A DNA stretch of 64,000 nt from Ignavibacteria bacterium (lineage in GTDB: Bacteria; Bacteroidota; Ignavibacteria; UBA10030; SZUA-254). The notes under the pieces were generated by a model, which was given only the letters and a program-made list of their open reading frames with translations, ran no database searches and had not been told where the DNA came from. Each line of letters starts with the position of its first letter. Within the stretch, counting starts at the first letter, position 1. The stretch is from the NCBI GenBank assembly GCA_031379665.1, contig JANNFI010000139.1, forward strand, positions 4,588 through 68,587. Reading direction: 5' to 3'. This document shows positions 8,294-19,687 of the stretch, piece by piece. The translations under genes were made by a program, and so were the position numbers.

Positions 8294-10309
8294 ATGTCAG
8301 GCTGCCCGATCCCGAAGTTCACCTTCCATGCCACGCTCATCGCACTCAGCCTTCTTGCGTTGAGCTGTGAGGAGAAGATTTACCAGACCATCAACGGTCC
8401 GGGTTCACTCGACGATCCTTCGGTCCTACCCGCGGTCGTTTTCACCCTTCCACCGGCGAATTCGATCGGCCCGTACCCCGATCTGTACATCAAGGATTGC
8501 GTTGCGAACTATTGCCCGTCCTACCTTCAGCTTCAGGTCCGATTCAACAAGTATATGGATGTGTCGTCCGTGCGCCGGGCAATCGGGCTGGAGACCACCT
8601 CCGGTAATATCGCGGCCGACTCGGGCCTGATCTCCGTGCTCGGGGGAGATCTCTTCCTCGTCTCGCCGGTCGATTCCAATGGGAACCGGATAACGGGCAA
8701 TTTTCGGATCGGGGAAACCTTTACGATGACGGTTGACTCCACCGCGAGAGACATCCACGGGAACAGCCTCACCCAGCCGTTCAGGATGACGTTCGTGCCG
8801 GAGCCGTATTTCCGCGCCCGCTCGACGACGCCGGCCGACGGGGCAGGAGACGTGCCCACCTCAGCCACGGTCTCGGTGCGGTTCAACGGCAGGATCGACG
8901 GTTCGATCCTGGACGCCGTCCGCCTCTACCCGGATGCGGGCGGGTACTGGTCGATCAATCCGGATTCGACGATGGCGTCGTATGGTTGGCTGAGCTCCAA
9001 CGGTTCCCTCAAAAATTCCACGGCCTACACCATCACCGTTGATTCGGGCGCGGCCGACCGCGACGGTAACCTGCTTCCAGAAACGTTCGTCTCGACCTTC
9101 GTGACCCGGCCCTTCGTGGTCACCAGCACGACTCCGCGCAACGGGGAGATGGACGTCGACCAGGGCACGGCCATCGTGGTCAACTTCAATACGCGCCTCG
9201 ACACCTCGACTGTGCGAGCCTCGATCTCCATCGACCCCCCGGTCGACGGCATCTTCCAGCTCTACTCCGGGCTTGCTTCGTTTTACTTCCAGCCGCTTGA
9301 GCCCCTCCCGAAGGGGACCACGTTTACCGTCCGGATCGACACGACACTGCGATCCGCCAACGGCGCATACCTCCTCGAACCGTACGAATTCGCGTTTACG
9401 ACCACCGATTTCAGGATCGTTTACGTCTATCCCCCCGACGGTTGGGGGGATGTCCACCCGCTCTATCCCCTCAGCGTGTCGACGAACGCTCTCCCCGACT
9501 ATTCCACCATCCGCGGGTCGATCCATATCGAGCCGCCCCTTGGGTTCGAGGTCACGAGCTGGCCAGGCGACAACTCCTTTTTCATATATCCCGACCATTA
9601 TCTCGCTGTTTCGACGCGCTACACCGTGACAATCGATACGTCGCTGAGGTCTACCGAGGGAATGCGTCTTGCCTCGGCCACGACGTTCTCGTTCACCACG
9701 GCGCCGCTCGCCGCCATCAGTGCGGAGCCGGTCCCGGGATCCGAGAATGTAACGCTCACGGAACAGGTCTCGGTGGGTTTTAACGCGGAGATCGACGCCG
9801 GTACGGCCGAAGCGGCTTTCTCGATCTCCCCCCCGACCCTCGGTTTGATCTACACCGCCGGGACGACGGTGAGTTTCTCCCAGGTCGAATTGGCCGCCCG
9901 GACACTCTACACGGTCACCATCGACACATCCCTCGAGGCCTACCATGGCGGAGGGTTGCAGAAACCGTATTCGTTCTCCTTCACCACTGGGAGTTTCGGC
10001 GTGATCGGAACCCAGCCTGCCAACGGCGATACCGGTCGTCCGGTCAACTATATCATTTTCATTTATTTTTCGGGCAATCTCGATACTTCGAGCATCGCCG
10101 GATCCTACGCACTGAGGGATTCGACGGGCGCCCTCGTCCCGTCGGGATTCCTGTATTACCGCCAGAACCCGTGGGAATTCGCGATCGATCCTGACGCAAA
10201 CCTGGAGCCGGGTACGCTCTACACCGTCACCATCTCGGCCACGATCAGGTCGAAGGGGGGAAGCATGCTGGAGGCCCCGTACATTTTTTCATTCCGGACG
10301 GCGCGCTGA
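8294..10309 (+). CDS. Lipoprotein with repeated bacterial Ig-like (Big_5/SbsA-like) domains
   Basis: Lipobox LALSC. Six or more repeats of roughly 90 aa with the pattern VxFNxxIDxS...IxPP...TVTIDTSL. N-terminal 190 aa closely match the downstream paralog. Confidence 0.65.
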   Translation: MSGCPIPKFTFHATLIALSLLALSCEEKIYQTINGPGSLDDPSVLPAVVFTLPPANSIGPYPDLYIKDCVANYCPSYLQLQVRFNKYMDVSSVRRAIGLETTSGNIAADSGLISVLGGDLFLVSPVDSNGNRITGNFRIGETFTMTVDSTARDIHGNSLTQPFRMTFVPEPYFRARSTTPADGAGDVPTSATVSVRFNGRIDGSILDAVRLYPDAGGYWSINPDSTMASYGWLSSNGSLKNSTAYTITVDSGAADRDGNLLPETFVSTFVTRPFVVTSTTPRNGEMDVDQGTAIVVNFNTRLDTSTVRASISIDPPVDGIFQLYSGLASFYFQPLEPLPKGTTFTVRIDTTLRSANGAYLLEPYEFAFTTTDFRIVYVYPPDGWGDVHPLYPLSVSTNALPDYSTIRGSIHIEPPLGFEVTSWPGDNSFFIYPDHYLAVSTRYTVTIDTSLRSTEGMRLASATTFSFTTAPLAAISAEPVPGSENVTLTEQVSVGFNAEIDAGTAEAAFSISPPTLGLIYTAGTTVSFSQVELAARTLYTVTIDTSLEAYHGGGLQKPYSFSFTTGSFGVIGTQPANGDTGRPVNYIIFIYFSGNLDTSSIAGSYALRDSTGALVPSGFLYYRQNPWEFAIDPDANLEPGTLYTVTISATIRSKGGSMLEAPYIFSFRTAR

Positions 10310-10349
10310 GGAGTGACCTGCCGGGCAATACGATAACGAAGGAGGTCGC

Positions 10350-11744
10350 ATGAAAATCGTACTGATCCTCATCTGCGCCGTAGCGGCGCTCTCGTGCGAA
10401 GGCCCGATGGGACCCGCCGGCCCCCCCGGCGATCCGACCGGGTCGCTGGGCGATCCCTCGATCATGCCGAAGGTGATACATTCTTATCCTGCCGCGAACA
10501 CGACGGGTCCCTACCCGGAGCTCTACCGGTATGACTGCGGCTTCGAATGGTGCTACTATTATTCACAGTTCCAGGTCCGGTTCAATAAGTTCATGGACCT
10601 GACGTCGGTGCGGCGCTCGGTCCGTCTCTACTCTCCCGACGGGAATATCAATGCGGATACGAACTTTATCATTTCAGTCGGCGGCGACGTCTTCATCCTG
10701 AACCCGGTCGATTCGAACGGGTACCGCTCGAACTTCCGGTTTCAGGTCGGCGCACCGTACTCGATCGCCGTTGACTCCACCGCCAGGGACATCAATGGGA
10801 ACGCGCTCGCGCCTCCGTTCACGGCGACGTTCGTTCCAGAGCCGTATTTCAGGGTGATGGAGGTCCAGCCGCAGGACGGTGATGTAAATGTTTCGGCGTA
10901 CACGTACCCCCAGTTGAGATTCAACAGCAAGGTCTCAGCCGCCATCCTCACACACCTGACTGTCGAACCGGTAACGACCGGAAACTGGTGGCTGGGATAC
11001 GATTCCACATCGGTGGGGTTCCAACCGACAACACTCCTTCCCACTGCCACCGAATTTACGCTCACCCTCGATGGTTCGGCGGAGGATGCCCGGGGGAACA
11101 GGATCCCGGCACCGTTCACATCCCGGTTTACCACGAGACCGTTCAGCGTGATGTATGTATCTCCCTGGGATGGGGCGACGGGGATCAGCTTGAATGCATC
11201 CGTCATGCTGCATTTCAGTGTCCCGATCGACACGTCAACGTTCAGGTCCGCGTTTAGTTTGTCCCCGGCCACCTCAGGGATTATCTACGGGCTCAATCCC
11301 GGATCGACCAGCATTAATTTCGCTCCACAGGACGGACTCCTGGCTTCGACGACGTTCACAATACGGATCGACACCACGCTTCGCGATCTGGCAGGATCCC
11401 GCCTCGCCGAGGGCTTCGAATCTTCATTCACCACGGCCCCGTTCTCCATCCTCTCGACCTTTCCGCAGGACGGCTCGGTGGGTGTATCCCCATACAATTT
11501 GTTCTACGTCTACACCGATGCGCCGCTGAACGAGGCAGCCGTTGCGGGGTCTCTGCAGATCAGTCCGTCAATCCCTGTGACAGTGATTATGTGTGACGGC
11601 TGTTCATATTTCTATTTTTACGTCCCGGCAGGCTTCGCAGCGAATACGACGTACAGCGTGACGATCGGAACGGGGCTCAGCACGAAACGGGGACAGACCC
11701 TTCCGGCGCCTTACACCTACTCATTCACGACCGGGGCGAACTGA
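10350..11744 (+). CDS. Paralogous Ig-like (Big_5/SbsA-like) repeat lipoprotein
   Basis: Lipobox ALSC. N-terminal region is near-collinear with the 8294 gene (shared stretches YPxLY, QVRFNKxMD, [11 protein letters not shown], FVPEPYFR). Confidence 0.65.
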   Translation: MKIVLILICAVAALSCEGPMGPAGPPGDPTGSLGDPSIMPKVIHSYPAANTTGPYPELYRYDCGFEWCYYYSQFQVRFNKFMDLTSVRRSVRLYSPDGNINADTNFIISVGGDVFILNPVDSNGYRSNFRFQVGAPYSIAVDSTARDINGNALAPPFTATFVPEPYFRVMEVQPQDGDVNVSAYTYPQLRFNSKVSAAILTHLTVEPVTTGNWWLGYDSTSVGFQPTTLLPTATEFTLTLDGSAEDARGNRIPAPFTSRFTTRPFSVMYVSPWDGATGISLNASVMLHFSVPIDTSTFRSAFSLSPATSGIIYGLNPGSTSINFAPQDGLLASTTFTIRIDTTLRDLAGSRLAEGFESSFTTAPFSILSTFPQDGSVGVSPYNLFYVYTDAPLNEAAVAGSLQISPSIPVTVIMCDGCSYFYFYVPAGFAANTTYSVTIGTGLSTKRGQTLPAPYTYSFTTGAN

Positions 11745-11766
11745 CCCTTCATCCGCCCCCGATGCC

Positions 11767-11800
11767 GGGGCCGGGGTCTGCCCGGACGCGCCCCGGCCCC
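11767..11800. other. Perfect GC palindrome hairpin (GGGGCCGGGG / 14-nt loop / CCCCGGCCCC) without a U-tract
   Basis: Read directly. Lies between the Ig-like paralog and uvrA. Could act as a terminator or mRNA stabiliser. Confidence 0.4.
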
Positions 11801-11936
11801 AGTGCAATCTCCGTCCTGAGCGGCGCCGGGATCATTCCCCTCGCCGCTCCTTGCATTTACCCCCCGGGAACGGTTATATTGATTGTCTAAGCCGAATTTC
11901 CCGACGAACGAGCCGAGGCCCCTCCCAGTGCCCGCG

Positions 11937-14846
11937 ATGCCAGCCCCACGACTCTCCGACGACAAGCTCGTCGTCCGGGGAGCCCGCGTCCACAACCTTA
12001 AGAACATCGACGTGGAGATGCCGCGCGACCAATTGATCGTCGTGACCGGCCTCTCCGGATCGGGAAAGTCCAGCCTCGCCTTCGACACCATCTACGCGGA
12101 AGGGCAGAGGAGGTACGTCGAGAGCCTCTCGGCCTACGCCCGGCAGTTCCTGGGGCTGATGGAACGACCCGACGTCGACTATATCGACGGCCTCAGCCCG
12201 TCCATTTCCATCGAGCAGAAGTCCGTCTCCCATAACCCGCGATCCACGGTCGGGACCGTCACCGAAATCTACGACTACCTCCGACTCCTGTTCGCGAGGG
12301 TAGGAATCCAACACTGCTACAACTGCGGCAAGCCGGTCAGGAAGCAATCGGTGGACCAGATCCTCGACTCGGTGATGGGCCTCGCGGATGGGACGAACAT
12401 CCAGATCATGGCGCCGGTCGTGAAGGGGAGGAAGGGCCACTACCGGGAGCTGTTCGAGAAGATCCAGAAGGACGGTTTCCTGCGGGTGAGGATCGACGGC
12501 GAGGTCGCGGAAATCAAGAAAGGACTTAAGGCCGACCGGTACAAGGTCCACGACATCGAAATTGTGGTGGACCGCGTCGCGGTGAAGAAGGCGGCGCGCA
12601 GCCGGATCACCGATTCGATCGAGACCGCCCTCGGGCTGGGGTCGGGCGCGGTCATCGTCACCTCAGGCGCTGGCGCCAAAACCACCGACCAGCTCTTCAG
12701 CCGGCATTTCGCCTGCCTCGAGTGCGGCATCAGCTACGACGATCCGGCGCCGAATTCCTTCTCGTTCAATTCGCCGTACGGGTCGTGCCAGGCGTGCGCC
12801 GGCCTGGGGGAGACGAAGGAGTTCGATATCCGCCTGATCGTCCCCGACAAGTCGCTCTCGCTCAACAGGGAAGGGCTCTCGCCCCTGGGCAAACCGCGCG
12901 ATACCTGGTTCTGGCACCAGGTGAAGGCCGTCGCCGCGAAGCACGACATATCGCTCGATGCTCCCGTCGGCGAGCTCTCGAAGGAGGCGATCGACCTCCT
13001 CCTCTACGGCGGCGGGAACGAAAAGTACGAAATACCCTACACCTACGCCTCGGGCCGGGTTGTGAAATACCGCCAGAAGTATGGGGGGGTGATGAAGACA
13101 CTCAAGCGGTTCTTCGACGAAACGTCCTCGGAGGGAGTGCGCCGGTGGGTGGAATCGTTTATGAACACGATTCCCTGCGTCGAGTGCAAGGGGGGGCGGC
13201 TGAGGAAGGAGAGCCTCGCGGTGAAGCTGGTCGACGCGAAGAGCGCGAAACAGGTGACGATCCGTGACGTGGTGAACCTGTCGATCCGCCGTGCGCTCGA
13301 GTTCTTCGACGCGATCGCCCTGACCGAACGCCAGCAGGTGATCGCCGAACAGGTCCTGAAGGAAATCCGTCAGCGGCTGGGGTTCCTCGTCAACGTTGGA
13401 TTGGAGTACCTCACGCTCGACCGCTCCGCAAGGAGCCTCTCGGGCGGCGAGACGCAGCGAATCCGGCTGGCGACCCAGATCGGTTCTCAGCTCGTCGGCG
13501 TCCTCTACATTCTCGACGAACCGAGCATCGGGCTCCACCAGCGCGACAACATCAAATTAATCAATTCCCTGAAGGGCCTGAGGGACCTCGGCAACACCGT
13601 CGTGGTCGTCGAGCACGACCGCGAGATGATCGAGAACGCCGATTACGTCATCGACCTGGGTCCGGGGGCGGGGGAACACGGCGGCCGGCTCGTTGCGGCG
13701 GGGACTCCGGCCGAACTGATGCGGACGGTGGGCGAAGCCTCGTTGACCGTCAGGTACCTGCGGGGAGACCTCGACATCGCCCTCCCGGCGGCGAGGCGGA
13801 AGGGTAACGGAAAATCGATCGCGTTGAAGGGCGCCACGGGGCACAACCTCAAGTCGCCGGAGCTCGTCCTCCCGCTCGGGGCGTTTGTCTGCATCACAGG
13901 AGTGAGCGGGTCGGGGAAATCGTCGCTCATCACCGAGACGCTCTACAGGATCCTCGCGAGGAAATTCTTCAGGGCGAAGGACGCTCCGCTTCCGTACGAG
14001 TCGGTGAAGGGGCTCGAGCACCTCGACAAGGTGATCGACATCGACCAGTCACCGATCGGCAGGACTCCCAGGTCGAACCCCGCCACCTACACCGGCCTCT
14101 TCACCCACATCCGGGACCTGTTCGTCCAGCTCCCCGAATCGAAGATCCGCGGGTACAAGCCGGGGCGGTTCAGCTTCAACGTGAAGGGCGGGCGGTGTGA
14201 GGAATGCGAGGGGGATGGCGTGAAGAAGATTGAGATGAATTTCCTGCCCGACGTCTACGTGCTCTGCGAAGTCTGCAAGGGGAAGCGATACACACGCGAG
14301 ACGCTCGACGTCCTCTACAAGGGGAAATCGATTTCGGACGTCCTTGAGATGACGGTCGAGGAGGGGGTGCAGTTCTTCAGGGACGTGCCCCGTCTCTTCC
14401 GCAAACTGGCGACTCTGCACGACGTCGGCCTCGGCTACATCCGCCTCGGGCAGCAGGCCACGACCCTCTCGGGCGGCGAGGCGCAGCGAGTGAAGCTCTC
14501 AGCGGAGCTCTCCAAGCCGGGGACGGGAAAGACGCTCTACCTGCTGGACGAGCCGACGACCGGGCTGCACTTCGAGGACATCCGGCTGCTGCTGGCGGTG
14601 CTGAACAAGCTCGTAGACAAGGGGAACACGGTGATCGTCATCGAGCACAACCTCGACGTGATCAAGGCCGTCGACTGGATCGTGGATATGGGACCGGAGG
14701 GGGGGGACGGCGGCGGATCGATCGTGGCGGAGGGGACGCCGGAGAATGTGGCGGCGACCGAGGCTTCGTACACCGGCTCCTACCTCAAAGCGCTCCTTCG
14801 GCCGCTCCCGGTTATTTCATCAAAACGATCTTCCGGGCGGCGGTGA
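11937..14846 (+). CDS. uvrA: Excinuclease ABC subunit A
   Basis: Two ABC modules ([18 protein letters not shown]), LSGGE signatures and zinc-finger cysteines. ATG at 11937 (MPAPRLS) preferred over the upstream TTG. Confidence 0.95.
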   Translation: MPAPRLSDDKLVVRGARVHNLKNIDVEMPRDQLIVVTGLSGSGKSSLAFDTIYAEGQRRYVESLSAYARQFLGLMERPDVDYIDGLSPSISIEQKSVSHNPRSTVGTVTEIYDYLRLLFARVGIQHCYNCGKPVRKQSVDQILDSVMGLADGTNIQIMAPVVKGRKGHYRELFEKIQKDGFLRVRIDGEVAEIKKGLKADRYKVHDIEIVVDRVAVKKAARSRITDSIETALGLGSGAVIVTSGAGAKTTDQLFSRHFACLECGISYDDPAPNSFSFNSPYGSCQACAGLGETKEFDIRLIVPDKSLSLNREGLSPLGKPRDTWFWHQVKAVAAKHDISLDAPVGELSKEAIDLLLYGGGNEKYEIPYTYASGRVVKYRQKYGGVMKTLKRFFDETSSEGVRRWVESFMNTIPCVECKGGRLRKESLAVKLVDAKSAKQVTIRDVVNLSIRRALEFFDAIALTERQQVIAEQVLKEIRQRLGFLVNVGLEYLTLDRSARSLSGGETQRIRLATQIGSQLVGVLYILDEPSIGLHQRDNIKLINSLKGLRDLGNTVVVVEHDREMIENADYVIDLGPGAGEHGGRLVAAGTPAELMRTVGEASLTVRYLRGDLDIALPAARRKGNGKSIALKGATGHNLKSPELVLPLGAFVCITGVSGSGKSSLITETLYRILARKFFRAKDAPLPYESVKGLEHLDKVIDIDQSPIGRTPRSNPATYTGLFTHIRDLFVQLPESKIRGYKPGRFSFNVKGGRCEECEGDGVKKIEMNFLPDVYVLCEVCKGKRYTRETLDVLYKGKSISDVLEMTVEEGVQFFRDVPRLFRKLATLHDVGLGYIRLGQQATTLSGGEAQRVKLSAELSKPGTGKTLYLLDEPTTGLHFEDIRLLLAVLNKLVDKGNTVIVIEHNLDVIKAVDWIVDMGPEGGDGGGSIVAEGTPENVAATEASYTGSYLKALLRPLPVISSKRSSGRR

Positions 14847-17800
14847 ACTCGCCCGCCTTCATCCGCACGATGTAAACGCCGCTCGGCGAGGCGAGCCCGT
14901 TCGGGTCCCGCCCGTCCCATTCCACTGTGTATACTCCTGCACTCCTGCGTCCCTCGGAGAGGACGCGCATCTCCCTCCCGAGTACGTCATACACCGCGAG
15001 GGTCACATCTCCGTCCGCGGGAAGTCGTATTTCGAATCGTGTGGCAGGATTGAACGGATTAGGATAATTCGACCCGAGTGAATATTCCACCGGTTTGCTC
15101 CCACCCCCTGTCACCCTCAATGAGAATTCCCCCGATGTCGCCGTGCGAAGCACTGCGCTCCCCGAACCTTCCAGCAGCGCGAGGACCGGATCGGCATTGC
15201 CCTCGCCGGTGAGGCCGATCGAAGCGCCGTCGGCGGGGCCTCGCCGAATGTCCCAGCTGACCGTGATCGGCCTCGTCGCGCCGCGTAACGAGATGGGCAG
15301 CCGGAATCCGGGACTTGCGTCGGAAGGTTCAGGCCAACAGTCGATGAAGCGCTGCGAGCCGAAACGGACGTCGAAACCGCCCTCAGGAGGCGGTGGAGGC
15401 ATCTCGAAAATTTCCAGGTCGGGGCCGGTCGCGTCCCGGTCGCCGAAGTAGAGCGTTCCGCTTCGGCCCGCCGCATCGCGGAAGGTGATGGCGTTCAGCC
15501 GTTCCGGATCGGTCCCGCTGGGCGTTGAAGCCTCGACCTTCGGGGCAAGGGCGGTCGACGTCAGGCCGAGGGTCCCCGTCCCGGAGACCTTCACCCAGTA
15601 CCCCTTGCCGCCGGTGAGCGACGAGGCGGAATAGTACCCCGACGGCCCGTAGCCGAAGTAGGACGACATGACCGAGACGCCGGACGGGACGACGGACGGC
15701 GTCGGCACAGCGCCTGATGGCCCGCCGATCATGTTCCACTTGTCCTGCACGGGGGCGTTGACGCTCTGCACAAGGGTCCCGGCCGAGGCGCCGGCGGTCC
15801 CGGCCGCGTCGAACTTGATCCAGTAACCGAGTCCGTGGGCCAGTGTGTCGGATGGCAGATAGCCAGCAGTGTACCGGTATGCCGGAGTGAGTGCGCCGGG
15901 TGATGTGGTGGACGGGAAGAGAGCCGTCTTTCTGAAGTCCCCGTCGAGGGGGTCGAGGGAGACGGCGATCATATTCCAACCGTCGAGCGCAAGGGTTCCG
16001 ATCGTGGGGTAGAGGCGAACGCACCAGTTGTTCCTTGGGATCGTTGCGGAGGGCGCGCCCGCGCGATTAAGATATATCCATCCCGGGTCAGGTCCGGAAA
16101 CCTCGTTCGAATCGGCCTGCATCCCCACCAGGGCGAGGGCTTCCAGACCGCGTGTACCGACGTTCACGTACTGATACTCGACGGTCCCGGTGCACCGGTC
16201 GATCACCACCCTGAACGTGGTGGGGTCAGTCGCCGGTTCGCCGGCCGCGAACGACCCCAGCGAATCCCACTCCACGATGAACAGGCACGTGTCGCCGGCG
16301 TTACCGTAGACGATGCGGCCGAAGTCTGTCGTACTGTCCCTGACGATCATGTCCGCCCAGAACGGGGCGATGAACATTCCCGGCATTTCGTAGGCGCCCG
16401 CGGCGTCTTCCCGACCTGATTTTTGCGCGTTCGGAAAATCCCATAACTGCGTGGCGAACCCGTTCGAATTGACGTCGAGGGTGTCGTCGGCCGATTTGCT
16501 CAGCGCCAGAGCGCCGTTCACGCCCACCCAGGCGTACCTGAAGGTGTCGCCGAACACCGTAAAATTATCCCCCATGTCGAACGGCCCGGCCGTGCCGTCG
16601 TCGCCGGGGAGGGTTCCCGAACCGGTGTGGTACGGGACGAACCAGGCCGACGGAGGAATCGTCGATCCGGTCGCGCGGATGTCAAGGTCCGCGCACGCCG
16701 CGCCGGTGTCGGCTGAATACCAGCCGTTCGTGAGGCTGACCACGCGGTACTCTGTCGCGCCGGTCGAGTCGGCGAAACCGGTGGAATCGGAGGAGACGAT
16801 CCTGTAGGTCACCCTATCGTCGACGGCCGCCCCCGGGATTGTGCCCTCCCAAATGTCGCCCCCCAGGTACGTTAGGGGGATATCCGGCTGCGCGTCGTCG
16901 TTCAGGGTGTACCTGATGACGGCCTCCTCAACGCCCGCGCGTAATGGGACTGGCGCGTCGCAATCGACGATCGTCGCCTGCACCGCCTGGTCGTCGGTGG
17001 AAAAGGTGTTGCGAATCCTGGTCACATCGCTGAAGGCTGGCGGTAGGTTCGTCGTGACGCTCATCGAGTACCAGATGAGGAAGTTGAAATCTCCCCTGGC
17101 CACCCAGCCCGGACAGGTGAAACCGGGCCCCTGGTAAATGTGCTCGTAAAATTTCCAGTTATGCGTCTGGAGGGCATCGGACTCCGACGCGGCCAGGTAG
17201 CCGGTGCGGTGGTCCTGCGCCTGTTCGACGTGCGGCCCGTACATCCTGATCGTGATGAAGAACGGCTGGCCGGCCGTGACGCTTGCCGTGGCCAGCTCCG
17301 CCATCGCGACACTGTTCGTCGTGAAGGCGCTCATCACCTTCGGGAACCCGCCGAACCCCCAGATCTCCGTCCCCATCGGGGAAAAGGAGGGAATGGCGCC
17401 GGGGACGGTCGAAAACCAGGTCGTATCGGTCGCGTCTTCCGGGAACGCGGCGAGGCCGTTGTCGAGGTCGTTGGTACTCTCGTAATACCCCCAGCAGAGT
17501 TTGCCCGGGCTTGGATAGCCGTCGTATCCCGGCCCGCTCCCGGGGTAGATGTTCGAGTTGAACAGCCGCACCGTGACGGTCGAGTCCTGTGTCCCGACGT
17601 CGAGGTTGTAAACGAAGACCGTGTCGATCGTCCCGCTCGCGGGGGCAAGGTACCACATCGCGACGATGTCCTTGTGGAACGCTTCGAACTGGACATTTGC
17701 TCCGGGATAAAGGCCGGTCGAATAGCCGAAGGTCCCCTTGTTGCTGCAGGTTGCAGTGAGCATCTTCGCCGCATCGGCCCTCACGATGTCGGAGATGCTC

Positions 17801-17913
17801 TCCCGGCCGGTGATCGCGCGGGCGTCGCCGTTGGGAGAGACGAGGATCCGTTGCTGGGTATGGGCCGTCAACGAACAGACGAGAACGAGGAAGATGATTT
17901 TATTCACGGTCAA
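14812..17913 (-). CDS. Large secreted protein (1033 aa) with T9SS C-terminal sorting domain; function unknown
   Basis: N-terminal signal peptide. C-terminus NYPNPFNPATRF...VYDVLGREM...GVYIVRM is a type-A T9SS sorting domain. The 3' end overlaps the uvrA 3' end by 35 nt. Confidence 0.8.
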   Translation of the reverse strand: MTVNKIIFLVLVCSLTAHTQQRILVSPNGDARAITGRESISDIVRADAAKMLTATCSNKGTFGYSTGLYPGANVQFEAFHKDIVAMWYLAPASGTIDTVFVYNLDVGTQDSTVTVRLFNSNIYPGSGPGYDGYPSPGKLCWGYYESTNDLDNGLAAFPEDATDTTWFSTVPGAIPSFSPMGTEIWGFGGFPKVMSAFTTNSVAMAELATASVTAGQPFFITIRMYGPHVEQAQDHRTGYLAASESDALQTHNWKFYEHIYQGPGFTCPGWVARGDFNFLIWYSMSVTTNLPPAFSDVTRIRNTFSTDDQAVQATIVDCDAPVPLRAGVEEAVIRYTLNDDAQPDIPLTYLGGDIWEGTIPGAAVDDRVTYRIVSSDSTGFADSTGATEYRVVSLTNGWYSADTGAACADLDIRATGSTIPPSAWFVPYHTGSGTLPGDDGTAGPFDMGDNFTVFGDTFRYAWVGVNGALALSKSADDTLDVNSNGFATQLWDFPNAQKSGREDAAGAYEMPGMFIAPFWADMIVRDSTTDFGRIVYGNAGDTCLFIVEWDSLGSFAAGEPATDPTTFRVVIDRCTGTVEYQYVNVGTRGLEALALVGMQADSNEVSGPDPGWIYLNRAGAPSATIPRNNWCVRLYPTIGTLALDGWNMIAVSLDPLDGDFRKTALFPSTTSPGALTPAYRYTAGYLPSDTLAHGLGYWIKFDAAGTAGASAGTLVQSVNAPVQDKWNMIGGPSGAVPTPSVVPSGVSVMSSYFGYGPSGYYSASSLTGGKGYWVKVSGTGTLGLTSTALAPKVEASTPSGTDPERLNAITFRDAAGRSGTLYFGDRDATGPDLEIFEMPPPPPEGGFDVRFGSQRFIDCWPEPSDASPGFRLPISLRGATRPITVSWDIRRGPADGASIGLTGEGNADPVLALLEGSGSAVLRTATSGEFSLRVTGGGSKPVEYSLGSNYPNPFNPATRFEIRLPADGDVTLAVYDVLGREMRVLSEGRRSAGVYTVEWDGRDPNGLASPSGVYIVRMKAGEFTAARKIVLMK

Positions 17914-18162
17914 TAGTAGAAGTGCTCGTATGGATGGTTAAATATAGGGAAAAACGTCGTGAAAAAAGAAGGGAGGGGGCCTTAATCCCGGTCGGGGTCC
18001 AGCTCAATTCTAGCCTGCCTGGCCAACCCCTCCAGGCTGGTCAGCCCGGCTCAGGAACTCGTTGCCCGGGACGAAAAACCACCACCGTTTATTGGTTCCG
18101 GCGCTGATCCCGATCCGTCCGGAGGCCGCTACCCGGGGGGGAGGATCTTGGCGGAAGCGACA

Positions 18163-18597
18163 TCAGCCCAGCTGGCCCGAGTCCCACAGATGGAGCCCGG
18201 TCCGTTCGTCGGGATGTCGGTCCAGGTGAGGTCCGTCGAGTTCGTCGATGAACACTTCGCAGGCGAAGAGCTTCGTCCCGGGGAGGACGTGCCCGCCGAA
18301 AACCTTTCCCCCGGCGTCCCCGAGGAGGATATGGACGTGGACGAATGGCTGGCCGTCGCGCACGCTCACGTTCCCGTGGAGGTTGAGGATTTCCATTCCC
18401 CCGGGGAACTCGATCGGGTTATATGTCTTCGTGAGTTGATCGTAGTACGCCACTCGCGCGTGCGTCGTGGCCCCGAGGGCCTGGACGCGGCCGAGCCGGA
18501 TATTTTCACGCCGGACGATCGCGGTGAGTTCGTCGTAGAGGTCGGAGCCGTAGGGGAGCTGGCCGAGGATGGTTCGCGTGACCCTGTAGTCGCTCAC
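18163..18597 (-). CDS. PPC / DUF296 domain protein (PD1-like DNA-binding fold)
   Basis: DUF296-like core (GRVQALGA...[11 protein letters not shown]...GGHVLPG). Start overlaps the ruvB stop (ATGA). Confidence 0.7.
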   Translation of the reverse strand: MSDYRVTRTILGQLPYGSDLYDELTAIVRRENIRLGRVQALGATTHARVAYYDQLTKTYNPIEFPGGMEILNLHGNVSVRDGQPFVHVHILLGDAGGKVFGGHVLPGTKLFACEVFIDELDGPHLDRHPDERTGLHLWDSGQLG

Positions 18598-19649
18598 CGC
18601 AGGAGGTCGAGTTGTTCCTGGGCCTGCCGGGCCTTCGGACGTTCGATGCCGAAATGCTGATAGACGAGGTCGGTCGCCTCGCGACCCCTCGGGGTCCTCT
18701 TCAGGAACCCTTCCTGGATCAGGTAAGGTTCGTAGACTTCCTCCAGAGTGCCCGGCTCCTCGCCCACCGCGACCGCGATGGTGCCGAGGCCGACCGGGCC
18801 GCCGCGGTATTTTTCGGTGATCGTAAGCAGGATCCGTTTGTCCATCTCGTCGAGGCCGTGGTCGTCCACCTCGAGCTTCTTGAGCGAGTGGACGGCGACC
18901 TCCGTCGTGATCCGCCCACGGAAATGCTTGAGCGATTCATCGGCCTGCGCGAAGTCGCGGCAGCGCCGCAGAAGGCGGTTCGCGATGCGCGGCGTTCCTC
19001 GGGACCGTTTCGCGATCACGGCGCAGCCCTCGGGATCGGCCTCCTCGTTCAGGATCCGCGCCGAACGCGCGAGGATCCGCTCGAGGTCCGCCGACGGGTA
19101 GTAGTCGAGCCGGTTCGTCACGCCGAACCTGGACCGGAGCGGCGATGACAGGAGCCCCGCCCTGGTGGTGGCCCCCACGAGGGTGAACTTCGGGACCGTG
19201 AGCTGGACGCTGCGGGCGTTGGGCCCGCTGTCGATGACGATGTCGATCCTGAAATCCTCCATCGCCGAGTAGAGGTATTCCTCCACGACGGCGTTCAGTC
19301 GGTGGATTTCATCGATGAAGAGGACGTCGCCCTCGTTCAGGTTCGTGAGGATCCCTGCGAGGTTGTACGGCTTGTCGAGCGCGGGGCCGGAGGTGAGTTT
19401 CAGCTGAACGCCCATTTCATTGGCGATAACAAAGGCGAGCGTGGTCTTGCCGAGGCCCGGCGGGCCGGTGAGGAGGACGTGGTCGAGGGTCTCGCCGCGT
19501 TTCCGCGCGGCGCTGATGAAGACGGTCAGGTTTTCGACGATCCTTGCTTGTCCCACGAAGTCCCTGAAATAAAGCGGGCGCAGGGTCTGGTCGAATTCCT
19601 TTTCGCTCTCGAGCTGGACCGGTGACGTCGGATCTGTGCGCTTCTGCAT
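18594..19649 (-). CDS. ruvB: Holliday junction branch migration ATPase RuvB
   Basis: Walker [10 protein letters not shown], Walker [11 protein letters not shown] and sensor motifs. Confidence 0.95.
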   Translation of the reverse strand: MQKRTDPTSPVQLESEKEFDQTLRPLYFRDFVGQARIVENLTVFISAARKRGETLDHVLLTGPPGLGKTTLAFVIANEMGVQLKLTSGPALDKPYNLAGILTNLNEGDVLFIDEIHRLNAVVEEYLYSAMEDFRIDIVIDSGPNARSVQLTVPKFTLVGATTRAGLLSSPLRSRFGVTNRLDYYPSADLERILARSARILNEEADPEGCAVIAKRSRGTPRIANRLLRRCRDFAQADESLKHFRGRITTEVAVHSLKKLEVDDHGLDEMDKRILLTITEKYRGGPVGLGTIAVAVGEEPGTLEEVYEPYLIQEGFLKRTPRGREATDLVYQHFGIERPKARQAQEQLDLLR

Positions 19650-19687
19650 GACGGGGTTAATGTAGCCACAATCGCGGGAAATATCAA

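Noticed and set aside
17922-18107. 61-aa ORF in the intergenic region between the T9SS cargo gene and the PPC gene. I also checked the region for SRP, 6S and tmRNA-like sequence.
   Set aside because: The ORF is a low-complexity translation. I could not recognise conserved SRP (GGAAGGAAGCAGCC) or other ncRNA motifs. The region is more likely a terminator and promoter spacer.
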